Source: Candidatus Binataceae bacterium (GTDB lineage Bacteria; Desulfobacterota; Binatia; Binatales; Binataceae). Taken from it: DNA of 64,000 nt. Below the pieces are notes generated by a model that saw only the letters and a program-made list of their open reading frames with translations, searched no databases and was not told where the DNA came from. Below are positions 1-8,217 of this stretch, piece after piece. The position numbers were made by a program, and so were the translations under genes. The DNA lies in assembly GCA_035531675.1 (NCBI GenBank), contig DATKSL010000033.1:27367-91366 (forward strand), in the 5' to 3' direction. Position 1 is the first letter of the stretch, and each line of letters begins with the position of its first letter.

Positions 1-1821
1 GGTGACGGGATCGATATCGGCACGATCGCCGACGAACAGGTAGTCGAGGCTGAGCGTGACCTGGTCGGCCGGGAGCCAGAGCCCGTGGCCGATGTACTGC
101 AGCAGCCCGAAGGCCGATTTCTTCGGCACGCGCACCGGCTCGATGGTCGGCGAGACGGCGACGTGGGTTTCGTCGATCCAGGTGAAATTGCCGCTCAGGG
201 TCAAACCCGGCAACAGTCCCACGGTCGGGACGAATTCGACGCCCTGCACGTCGACCCGCTCGGCATTGGCGGCCTGTGAGAAGATCGGCGGCGGCAGCGG
301 CACCGCGACGATCAGGTTGTGCACGCGGCGCGAGAAGTAGGTCATCGTGATCGAGAAGTGCTCGCCGAAGGTCTTGGTCACGCCGCCGTCATACTCGCTG
401 GAAATTTCCGGGCTCAGGTTGGGATTGCCGAAGAACGGATAGAACAGCTCGTCGAAGGAGGGCGCTCGAAAGCCTTCGCTGTAGCTGCCGCGCAGGGTGA
501 GGCCGTAGCGCGCCAGCGGAATCGACACCGCCCACGACGAACTCTCCTCCTTGCCGAACTCGCTGTTGCCGTCGACGCGAAAACCGCCGGTGGCATTGAT
601 CAGGCCGTGCAGCAGCGAGGCCTCCTGCTCGACGTAGCCGGCGTACTCCTGGCGCCGGGAATGGAAGACGGTCGTCGATGTCGACCCGAAGCCGCTGAAC
701 TCGTCGAGCGAGCGCGCCCATCGATCCTTGAAATCGAAACCCACCAGCGTGCGCACGTGGCGGGTCCAGGAATAGTCCGCCTCCCAGGTGGTGCCGCGGA
801 TCTCATCGGGGATGCGGTCGATCTCGGTGAACGGGTCGGCCGGGAAGGACGGCGCGTTGATTCGCAGGTCGTCGCGCACGAAATAGCTGCTGATGTTGGT
901 CCGCAGCCGATCGCCGAAGCGATGGTCGACTTCGCCCTTGAAGAGCATGAACTCGTCGCGCTGATGGGCGGAGGGATCGATGGTTGGAATGAAGTTGGTG
1001 AGATTGGCGAGACTCACGTTGGAGCGGAAATAGCGGGCGAAGCCGCGCACCGCGGTATCGGCGGTCGGCTGGTAGTCGAGCCGCAAGGCGCCCGCCAGGT
1101 TGTCCGAACTGTCGTTGACCACGCGATAGCCGCTGGTCGAGTTGTACGAGAGCGAACCGGCATAGCCGAGCGCGCCGCTCGAGCCGCTGAGCGTCGCGAC
1201 CTGGCGCTCGGTCGCGCGATTGCCGCCCTCCGAGGTGAACGTAAATTGCGGCGCGCCGTGGCCCTGCTCGGTGAGCAGGTTGACCACCCCGCCGATCGCC
1301 TGCGAGCCGTAGAGCGCCCCGCCGGCCCCGCGCACCACCTCGACGCGGCTCAGCCCTTCGGTCGTGATATCGCTCAGATTGAAGCTGCCGGTCGCACCGC
1401 TGTTGACCTCGACCCCGTCGATCATGATGAGCGTCTGGGCCGCGGTCGCGCCGCGAATCGACACGTCGGTGACCGATCCCGGCGAGCCGCTCTGCGTCAC
1501 CTGGACGCCCGGCACCTCGCGCAGGACGTCGCCGGCGTCGTAGATCTTCTGACTCTGGATTTGTTGCGAATCGATGACCGAAACGGTCGTCCCGATCTCG
1601 CTCAGCGGCTGGCGTATCCGGGTCGCCGTGACCACTACCATCGGCAGAGTCTGAGCGCTCTGGCCGGAACTGTTTTTCGTCGCGCCAGGCGACGGTTGCG
1701 CAGTCGGAGTCGGAGTCGCCGAACTCGCTGCGGTTGCGGAACCGCTGTCGCAATCAGCCGCTCGGCCGCCGACCGTCAGCCATACCATCGCCACACAGAA
1801 CAGCACACCTGCTCGCTTCAT
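1..1821 (-). CDS. TonB-dependent outer membrane receptor, BtuB-like (5' end and start codon present; 3' end runs off the window)
   Basis: Not in the ORF track because it has no stop inside the window. Minus-strand translation from the ATG at 1821 (preceded by AGGGAGG) gives MKRAGVLFCVAMVWL... then a canonical TonB plug (VVVTATR...DVLREVPGVQVTQSGSPGSVTDVSIRGA...LIMIDGVEVN...GLSRVEVVRGAGGALYGSQAIGGVVNL). A cobalamin riboswitch lies in its 5' leader. Confidence 0.85.
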   Translation of the reverse strand, partial: MKRAGVLFCVAMVWLTVGGRAADCDSGSATAASSATPTPTAQPSPGATKNSSGQSAQTLPMVVVTATRIRQPLSEIGTTVSVIDSQQIQSQKIYDAGDVLREVPGVQVTQSGSPGSVTDVSIRGATAAQTLIMIDGVEVNSGATGSFNLSDITTEGLSRVEVVRGAGGALYGSQAIGGVVNLLTEQGHGAPQFTFTSEGGNRATERQVATLSGSSGALGYAGSLSYNSTSGYRVVNDSSDNLAGALRLDYQPTADTAVRGFARYFRSNVSLANLTNFIPTIDPSAHQRDEFMLFKGEVDHRFGDRLRTNISSYFVRDDLRINAPSFPADPFTEIDRIPDEIRGTTWEADYSWTRHVRTLVGFDFKDRWARSLDEFSGFGSTSTTVFHSRRQEYAGYVEQEASLLHGLINATGGFRVDGNSEFGKEESSSWAVSIPLARYGLTLRGSYSEGFRAPSFDELFYPFFGNPNLSPEISSEYDGGVTKTFGEHFSITMTYFSRRVHNLIVAVPLPPPIFSQAANAERVDVQGVEFVPTVGLLPGLTLSGNFTWIDETHVAVSPTIEPVRVPKKSAFGLLQYIGHGLWLPADQVTLSLDYLFVGDRADIDPVT

Positions 1822-1954
1822 AGCCTCCCTCGCGGTAGGCGCGAGCCTCACGCGAGCAGGTGGAATCAGGCGTGCAGGTCCGAGTTCCGATCCAGATCAG
1901 AGCTCAGGTGAACCAAGCCCGAAGCCGCCTTCCCCGCGGAAGGTCAACGCCAGT

Positions 1955-2095
1955 ATCACCCGGCCGGTCTCCTGGCTTGGGGGTGGTAACCTTGGGCCCG
2001 CCTTCCCGCTTGCGCAGTGGCCTATTGGACCCTCGTTCCCCCGTACAGTTGCGGGGCAGCGCCGGACTCTAACCGGCTTCCCGTACACCGAGTGT
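1955..2095 (-). promoter_or_regulatory. Cobalamin (AdoCbl) riboswitch in the leader of the TonB-dependent receptor
   Basis: Minus-strand sequence GGTGTACGGGAAGCCGGTTAGAGTCCGGCGCTGCCCCGCAACTGTACGG...ATAGGCCACTGCGCAAGCGGGAAGGCGGG...GCCAGGAGACCGGCC matches the cobalamin riboswitch core (GGGAA..GGTnAnAnTCCGnCGC..CCCGCnACTGTA), the B12 box (GCCACTG) and the 3' GCCAGGAnACCnGCC element. Confidence 0.8.
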
Positions 2096-2149
2096 GACCG
2101 AGATTTTTATTCCCGCGGTGGCGGCTGAGTCAAGAGCGATCAGAGGACG

Positions 2150-2192
2150 CGAGAGCAACCGCGTTTCACCGCATACCGGAAACGCGGTCGCT
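2150..2192 (-). terminator. Stable hairpin downstream of tpx (15-bp stem with one mismatch), probable terminator
   Basis: gagagcaaccgcgtttc accgcataccg gaaacgcggtcgctc. It sits between the tpx stop (2212) and the riboswitch 5' end. The downstream U-tract is weak. Confidence 0.4.
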
Positions 2193-2211
2193 CCCGCCCT
2201 GGCCAGCCTGA

Positions 2212-2733
2212 TCAGGCCGCGGCCTTGCGCGCGGCCGCGAGCGCCGCTTCGTAGTCGGGATGGTTGGCGATTTCCTTGACGTACTCGGCATGGACCACGT
2301 TGTCATTGCGATCGAGCACGAACACGGCGCGGGTCAGCAGATGCAGTTCCTTGATCAATGCGCCGTACTTCTGACCAAACTCGGCGCCGCGCCAGTCGCT
2401 GAGCGTGGTGACCTTGTCGACGCCCGCCGCGCCGCACCATCGCGCCTGCGCGAACGGCAAATCCATCGAGATCGTCAGAATCTGCACGTCGCCGGGCAGC
2501 TTGGCCGCCTCTTCGTTGAAACGCCGCGTCTCAGCGTCACAGACCGGGGTATCGATCGAGGGGATGCTCGCGATGATCTTGACCTTGCCCTTGAACTGGT
2601 CGAGTCCGACCGGTGCCATGCCCTTGCCGACGCTGCTGAAGCCGGGCGCCTTTTGTCCGGCTTTCAACTCCGGCCCGACCAGCGTCATCGGATTGCCGCG
2701 CATCGTAACTGCTGCCTTACGCTCTTCAGCCAT
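2212..2733 (-). CDS. tpx: Thiol peroxidase Tpx (atypical 2-Cys peroxiredoxin)
   Basis: 173 aa; SIPSIDTPVCDAETRRFN and LPFAQARWCGAAG motifs typical of Tpx; AAGGAG RBS 10 nt before the ATG. Confidence 0.9.
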   Translation of the reverse strand: MAEERKAAVTMRGNPMTLVGPELKAGQKAPGFSSVGKGMAPVGLDQFKGKVKIIASIPSIDTPVCDAETRRFNEEAAKLPGDVQILTISMDLPFAQARWCGAAGVDKVTTLSDWRGAEFGQKYGALIKELHLLTRAVFVLDRNDNVVHAEYVKEIANHPDYEAALAAARKAAA

Positions 2734-2890
2734 TGGATTTGCTTCTCCTTGGAATTGTTGGGTGAGAGACTGACTCTAGTCGCAAGCGGCGCCACGGTAA
2801 ACATTTCGCGCTGCTGACTTCCCGCGAGCCAGCGACTAAAATGGATGTTTGCCGCCTTTACGAACCATCGATAAAGCTGCAGGAAGTGAT

Positions 2891-3550
2891 ATGCGGGGCA
2901 CAGGACGGCGATCCTCATCGATACTCAACGGGTCCGGGACCGGCGATCGAGAACGGCGTAATTCCGGCAGCGGGCGCATCCGCCTGCCCGTCGGCAAGCC
3001 GCTGGTTGCGGTTTTTGGCAGCTCGGCGGCGCGCCCCGGCGACGGTCTCTACGAGCAGGGCTATCGGATGGGCGAACTGCTGGGCCATGCCGGTTTCAAC
3101 ATGATGACCGGCGGCTACACGGGGCTGATGGAGGCGGCGAGCCGCGGCGCTCATCAGGCCGGCGCCCACGTGGTCGGAGTCACGCTCGATCGTTTCGAGG
3201 GCAAGCCCAATAGCTACGTGATAGATGAAATTCCGACCGCGAGCTTTTGCGGCCGCTTCCGATGGTTGATCGGCCGGGCCGACGCCTATGTCGCGCTGCG
3301 CGGCGGGATGGGCACGCTGGCGGAAGTCAGCTTCGCCTGGCAGGAGCTGGCGGTCGGGATGATCGCGCCGCGTCCGCTGCTGCTGGTCGGGCCGGCGTGG
3401 CGCGCAATCGTCACGAGCTGGCTTGAGAACTGCACCACCGCAGCCGAAAAATACGCCGTCATGACATTGGTCGATAGCCCCGAAGAGGCCTGCGCCGCAC
3501 TGTCAGAGTTCTTCGCCGGCCATCCGGTTGCGCCGCGTGCGGCGCGCTGA
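2891..3550 (+). CDS. LOG family protein (cytokinin riboside 5'-monophosphate phosphoribohydrolase-like Rossmann protein)
   Basis: VAVFGSS...TGGYTGLMEAASRGA...GVT...RGGMGTLAEV motifs. ATG at 2891 has an AGGAAG RBS; the track ORF begins at a TTG at 2849. Confidence 0.7.
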   Translation: MRGTGRRSSSILNGSGTGDRERRNSGSGRIRLPVGKPLVAVFGSSAARPGDGLYEQGYRMGELLGHAGFNMMTGGYTGLMEAASRGAHQAGAHVVGVTLDRFEGKPNSYVIDEIPTASFCGRFRWLIGRADAYVALRGGMGTLAEVSFAWQELAVGMIAPRPLLLVGPAWRAIVTSWLENCTTAAEKYAVMTLVDSPEEACAALSEFFAGHPVAPRAAR

Positions 3551-3557
3551 ACCGGGG

Positions 3558-4451
3558 TCAACTCGACGCGAAGCGGGCGCGGCGCTCCGCCTCGATACGC
3601 TCGGCCTCCTCACGGCCCGGCTGGCGCGGCATGAATCCCGGCCGATAGTCGCGCTCCTCCCAGCCGTGGTCGGTGGAATCCCATACGTACGGCAGTTTGA
3701 CGATCGTGCCCGGCGCGTTGATCGATTCAAAGGCGCCGAGCGCATCACGGATGATCGCGCGCTGCAGCTCGGGATCGTCGGGCTTGCCGGTCTGATGGCC
3801 GAGTGGGAAATTCACGAACACCGCGCGCGGCGGCTTGACCGCCTGCGTGATATCGAGCGCCGAGGTCATCGTCAGGGTTGGAATCCCGGCTTCCTCGACC
3901 ACGCGTGCGATCAGTCCCACGGACTGATGGCATACGGGTCAGGCGGGAACCTGGTAGAACGCGTCGGCGTGCGCCGCCTTGAGTTCCGCGACGATAGTGG
4001 GCGCCAGCTCCTCGCGGACCTTGCGCGCCGAGTAGATGCCGCCCATGAAGCTGAAGGCCGGGTCGACCAGTTCGCCGATGATTCCCGCGCGCTCGAACTC
4101 GCGCAGCCGCTCGAGCGGAAAGACGCAATTGGGATCGCGCGCCGCGTCGGCGGTCGGGTAGCCGAAGTGCCAGATGGCAAGCTCGTCGCGCCGCGCGTGC
4201 TTCGGGATGCGCCGGTACGAGGCGTCCTCGCGATGGAAGCGGGGCTGATCGCGATAGAGAATGCCGCCCGAGCTCATCAGCGCCAGCCGGCATTGGGCGA
4301 GCGGGCGGGCCAGCGGCGTCCACGGGATGCCGTCGTTGACCACCCATCGATAGGGTTCGTACTGGCTGTAGAGTTCGCGCGTCCGCGGTATGTAGTCGAT
4401 AGGCATCTCGGCGTTGCTCCGTGCGGTTGAGCCTTCAAGCCTGGCCACCAA
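3558..4451 (-). CDS. Selenoprotein, glycine/betaine/sarcosine/D-proline reductase selenoprotein B (GrdB/PrdB)-like; in-frame TGA (Sec) at 3941..3939
   Basis: Track ORFs 3939..4451 and 3558..3920 are in the same frame and separated only by one TGA. Read-through gives ...AFYQVPA-U-PVCHQSVGLIARVVEEAGIPT..., i.e. a UxxC motif. A SECIS-like hairpin sits 10 nt downstream and a tRNA-Sec is at 19165..19260. Family assignment is from general sequence character (VVEEAGIP...) and is tentative. The start codon is uncertain (TTG/GTG at 4451/4448, or an internal ATG). Confidence 0.6.
3910..3928 (-). promoter_or_regulatory. SECIS-like hairpin downstream of the UGA codon
   Basis: mRNA 5'-AUCAGUCC GUG GGACUGAU-3' is a perfect 8-bp stem starting 10 nt after the UGA, with a G/U-containing apical loop as in bacterial SECIS elements. 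Confidence 0.5.
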
Positions 4452-4549
4452 GCTTTCCGGGGTCTCGATTCCGGGCCGCTGGCGTCAGCACCCGCGCGAT
4501 TGGACAATAGTATAAAGCTTCACATCTTGCACCTGCGCTGGAGCAAACG

Positions 4550-6346
4550 ATGGCACTACGAATCGAGGATTACGCACTGATTGGCAACACCCTGACGAGT
4601 GCCCTGGTGGGGCGTGACGGTTCGATCGACTGGCTATGCATGCCGCGTTTCGACTCGGGCGCCTGCTTTGCCGCGCTACTCGGGGGACCGCAGAACGGGC
4701 GCTGGCTGCTCGCACCGGACGGCGAAATTCTCGGCACTCGGCGATCCTATCGCGGCGACACGCTGATCCTCGAGACCGAATTTCGCACCGCCGATGGAGT
4801 GGTTGCGATTATCGATTTCATGCCGCTTGCCGAGCACGGCGAGCATGTCGATGTGGTCCGGATTGTCGAGGGTCGCCGCGGCGCCGTGCCGATGAAGATG
4901 GAACTCAGCCTGCGCTTCGACTACGGCAATGCCATCCCGTGGGTGGTGCGGCGCGATTACGGATTGCGCGCCATCGCGGGTCCCGACGCGGTCGTGCTGC
5001 GCACCCCGGCGCGGTTGCATGGCAAAGACTTCACCACCGTCGCCCACTTCACGGTCAGCGAGGGCCAGTCAATCCCTTTCACCATCACCTGGTACCGGTC
5101 GCATCTGCCGGAGCCCCCCGGCCGTCAGCCGCGTCGACTGCTGGATGAAACCGACCGCTACTGGACCGCCTGGTCGGCGCGCTGCTCCTACCATGGACCA
5201 TGGCGCGACATCGTGATGCGTTCGCTCATCACTCTCAAGGCGTTGACCTACGGGCCGACCGGCGGAATCGTGGCGGCGCCGACCACGGCGCTGCCCGAAC
5301 AGCTCGGCGGCGTGCGCAACTGGGATTACCGGTTCTGCTGGCTGCGCGACGCGACCTTCACACTCTATGCGCTGATGTCGTCGGGCTACACTGACGAAGC
5401 CCGCGCCTGGCGCGAGTGGCTGCTACGCTCAGTCGCCGGCCATCCGCAGGAACTTCAGATGCTCTATGGAATCGCCGGCGAGCGGCGGCTCACCGAGCTC
5501 GAATTGGATTGGCTCGACGGTTACGGGGGCAGCCGCCCGGTACGAATCGGCAATGCTGCGCACGCGCAGTTCCAGCTCGACGTGTGGGGTGAGGTGATGG
5601 ACGTGCTGCACCTCGAACGCCGGCACTCGATCGCGCATGGCGAAGAGACCTGGAACCTGCAGCTCGCGCTGATGGACTTTCTCGAAGGCGCCTGGGACAA
5701 GCCCGATAATGGAATCTGGGAGGTGCGCGGTCCGCTGCGTCATTTCACGCATTCGAAGGTGATGGCATGGGTGGCGTTCGATCGCGCCGTCAAGGCGGTC
5801 GAGATGTTCGGCCTGGAGGGTCCGGTCGAACGATGGCGCGGGCTGCGCGACCGGGTTCGCGCCGACGTGATGCAGTCGGGGTTCAGTCGCGAGCGCCAGG
5901 CCTTCGTTCAGTACTTCGGCGCCGACAGTCTCGATGCGTCGCTGCTGATGATGCCGCTGGTCGGATTCATTCCCGCCACCGACCCGCGCATGCTTTCGAC
6001 AGTTGCGGCGATCGAACGGGAGTTGACTCATGACGGCTTCGTCAAACGCTATGCGACCCAGGAAAGCGTCGAGCATCTGCCGCCCGGAGAGGGCGCGTTT
6101 CTGCCCTGCAGCTTCTGGCTGGCGGACAACCTGGCGCTGGCGGGCCACGAAACCAAGGCGCGCGCAATGTTCGAACGACTGCTCTCATTATGCAACGACG
6201 TCGGCTTGATTGCCGAAGAGTACGATCCCGAATTGAAACGTCTGCTGGGCAATTTCCCGCAAGCCTTCACGCACGTCTCGCTGATCAATTCAGCCTGCAA
6301 CCTGAGCCTCGCGCGCGGCCCGGCTCATCACCGCGCCGCCTCCTAG
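4550..6346 (+). CDS. Glycoside hydrolase family 15 (glucoamylase/trehalase-like)
   Basis: 598 aa; GH15-type N-terminal beta-sandwich plus (alpha/alpha)6 catalytic domain motifs (WDYRFCWLRDATF, NGIWEVRG, AEEYDP); GGAG RBS. Confidence 0.8.
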   Translation: MALRIEDYALIGNTLTSALVGRDGSIDWLCMPRFDSGACFAALLGGPQNGRWLLAPDGEILGTRRSYRGDTLILETEFRTADGVVAIIDFMPLAEHGEHVDVVRIVEGRRGAVPMKMELSLRFDYGNAIPWVVRRDYGLRAIAGPDAVVLRTPARLHGKDFTTVAHFTVSEGQSIPFTITWYRSHLPEPPGRQPRRLLDETDRYWTAWSARCSYHGPWRDIVMRSLITLKALTYGPTGGIVAAPTTALPEQLGGVRNWDYRFCWLRDATFTLYALMSSGYTDEARAWREWLLRSVAGHPQELQMLYGIAGERRLTELELDWLDGYGGSRPVRIGNAAHAQFQLDVWGEVMDVLHLERRHSIAHGEETWNLQLALMDFLEGAWDKPDNGIWEVRGPLRHFTHSKVMAWVAFDRAVKAVEMFGLEGPVERWRGLRDRVRADVMQSGFSRERQAFVQYFGADSLDASLLMMPLVGFIPATDPRMLSTVAAIERELTHDGFVKRYATQESVEHLPPGEGAFLPCSFWLADNLALAGHETKARAMFERLLSLCNDVGLIAEEYDPELKRLLGNFPQAFTHVSLINSACNLSLARGPAHHRAAS

Positions 6347-6390
6347 CCGGCGGCGTCGGCTGGGAGTTGCCGTCGAATCGCGCCCCGTTG

Positions 6391-6566
6391 CTAGGCCACC
6401 TTTTTGAAGCCATCCGCATGGCGGAAATCATCCACCCGGTTCGCACCCGGCGTCTGACGCGGAGCGCGCTCGACTGAGAGGCCTGACACATACCAATTAG
6501 CCAGCGCGAGCACTGCCAGAGCGCCGAACGCGATCATCGAAATCGGAAACGATGGTAAAAATGTCA
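6391..6566 (-). CDS. Small hydrophobic protein (58 aa), hypothetical
   Basis: The ATG at 6566 is preceded by GGAGGT at -6. Product MTFLPSFPISMIAFGALAVLALANWYV... has one TM helix. The track lists a longer 84-aa ORF starting upstream. Confidence 0.35.
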
Positions 6567-6774
6567 TGGCGTTACCTCCGTTAAGCCACTGGTAATCCGC
6601 AAGAGGGATGCCAGCAAAAAAGGTCGGCGAACTCGACCGCGTCACAAATTCCTAATCGGCAGAATGCGAAAGACCGACATTTTGCGAAGCATGGTGACGC
6701 TCGCGAAGCGGGCAGAACTGATAAATGGCAATCGGTAACCGGCCGGATTCAAGCTAGCGCCGGGTTGGCGCGCC

Positions 6775-6795
6775 CGTTGCAACCCCGTTGCAACG
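6775..6795. promoter_or_regulatory. Tandem palindrome GTTGCAAC-CCC-GTTGCAAC, candidate operator upstream of the LLM monooxygenase
   Basis: Two copies of the self-complementary octamer GTTGCAAC lie about 25-45 nt upstream of the 6819 start codon. Confidence 0.3.
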
Positions 6796-6818
6796 AGGAC
6801 GGCCAACGTGGATAAGAG

Positions 6819-8174
6819 GTGAACATGAGCGGCTCACGTCAATTGCGTCTTGGCGCTTTCATGCGACCGGTGAGTATCCATACCGGTGCGTGGCGCTACC
6901 CGGGCGCCTTTCCTGATGCGAACTTCAACTTCGGGCACCTGAAACGCTTCGCGCAGACGCTCGAGCGCGGACGCTTCGACGCGTTCTTCATGGCCGATCA
7001 TCTGGCGGTGCTGAATATGCCGATGGAGGCGCTCAAGCGCAGCGCCACCGTGACCTCGTTCGATCCGCTGACGCTGCTGCCGGCGCTGGCCGCGGTGACC
7101 GATCATCTCGGCCTGATCGCGACGGCCTCCACGACCTACAACGACCCCTATCATGTCGCCCGGAAATTCGCCTCGCTCGACTACATCAGCGGTGGCCGCG
7201 CCGGCTGGAACCTGGTCACCACTTCCAACCCTGATGCGGCGCGCAACTTCGGATTTGAAGAGCATCTCGAACACGCCGAGCGCTATCGGCGGGCACGCGA
7301 GTTTTTCGACGTCGTCACGGGGCTATGGGATAGCTGGGCGGATGATGCTTTCATCCGCGACGTCGAGGGCGGCGTCTTTTTCGATCCCGACAAGCTGCAC
7401 ATCCTGAATCATAAGGGGCCGTATTTCTCGGTCCGCGGACCGCTCAATATCGCCCGACCGATCCAGGGCTGGCCCGTGATCGTGCAGGCCGGAGCTTCCG
7501 AGGCCGGCCGTCAGATCGCGGCCGAAACGGCGGAGGCGGTCTTCACCGGCCTGGGGACGCTGGCCGAGGGCCAACGCTTTTACGCCGACGTGAAGGGGCG
7601 CATGGAGAAGCTCGGACGGCCGCGCGACCATCTGAAAATTTTGCCGGGTGCGTTCGTGGTGGTGGGAGAAACGCTCGCCGAGGCGCAAAAGAAACGGGCG
7701 CTGCTGGACAGCCTGGTCCATTATGAAAGCGGCATCGCTTCGCTGTCGATCGCGCTCGGCTGCGACGCATCGATCTTCGATCCCGACGGTCCCCTGCCCG
7801 AGATTCCCGAGAGCAACGCGAGCAAGAGCGGACGGGAGCGGATGGTCGAGATGGCGAAGCGCGAAAATCTGACCGTGCGGCAACTCGCGCAGCGCGTCGG
7901 CGGCTTTGCCGGGCTGGCGATGGTCGGCACGCCGGCCATGATCGCCGATCAGATGGAGGAGTGGCTGGTCACCGAGGGCTCCGACGGGTTCAACGTCATG
8001 TTCCCGTATCTGCCGGGCGGACTCGATGATTTCGTCGATCGCGTGGTGCCCGAATTGCAGCGCCGCGGCCTGTTCCGGCGCGAATACGAAGGGACCACGC
8101 TGCGCGAAAATCTTGGCCTGCCGCGCCCGGAGAACCGCTTCTTCTGTAATCGTCGAACCGCACGCACCGGATGA
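6819..8174 (+). CDS. LLM-class flavin-dependent monooxygenase, NtaA/SnaA/DszA (nitrilotriacetate monooxygenase component A) family
   Basis: 451 aa; NtaA-family motifs (FMADHL, GRAGWNLVTTSN, VQAGASEAG); AAGAGGTG RBS. Confidence 0.85.
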   Translation: MNMSGSRQLRLGAFMRPVSIHTGAWRYPGAFPDANFNFGHLKRFAQTLERGRFDAFFMADHLAVLNMPMEALKRSATVTSFDPLTLLPALAAVTDHLGLIATASTTYNDPYHVARKFASLDYISGGRAGWNLVTTSNPDAARNFGFEEHLEHAERYRRAREFFDVVTGLWDSWADDAFIRDVEGGVFFDPDKLHILNHKGPYFSVRGPLNIARPIQGWPVIVQAGASEAGRQIAAETAEAVFTGLGTLAEGQRFYADVKGRMEKLGRPRDHLKILPGAFVVVGETLAEAQKKRALLDSLVHYESGIASLSIALGCDASIFDPDGPLPEIPESNASKSGRERMVEMAKRENLTVRQLAQRVGGFAGLAMVGTPAMIADQMEEWLVTEGSDGFNVMFPYLPGGLDDFVDRVVPELQRRGLFRREYEGTTLRENLGLPRPENRFFCNRRTARTG

Positions 8175-8217
8175 CAAGCTCGACGCTACGGCCGCGCGCG
8201 GCCTGCGCCGACGCTGG

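Noticed and set aside
319-1911. 530-aa plus-strand ORF and the 316-aa minus-strand ORF 803..1753
   Set aside because: Both are wrong-frame or antisense readings of the TonB-dependent receptor gene (minus strand, frame ending at 1821). Arg/Ala/Gly-rich composition typical of GC-rich antisense frames.
3528-4430. Plus-strand 300-aa ORF and minus-strand ORFs 3745..4347 and 3911..4180 overlapping the selenoprotein gene
   Set aside because: Antisense or alternate frames of the selenoprotein B-like gene; no protein-like composition.
3558-4451. Interpreting the TGA-interrupted gene as a simple pseudogene
   Set aside because: Exactly one in-frame TGA, both halves with protein-like composition in the same frame, a UxxC context, a downstream hairpin and a selC gene in the same window together favour Sec insertion. 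Pseudogene remains the alternative if sel genes are absent from the genome.
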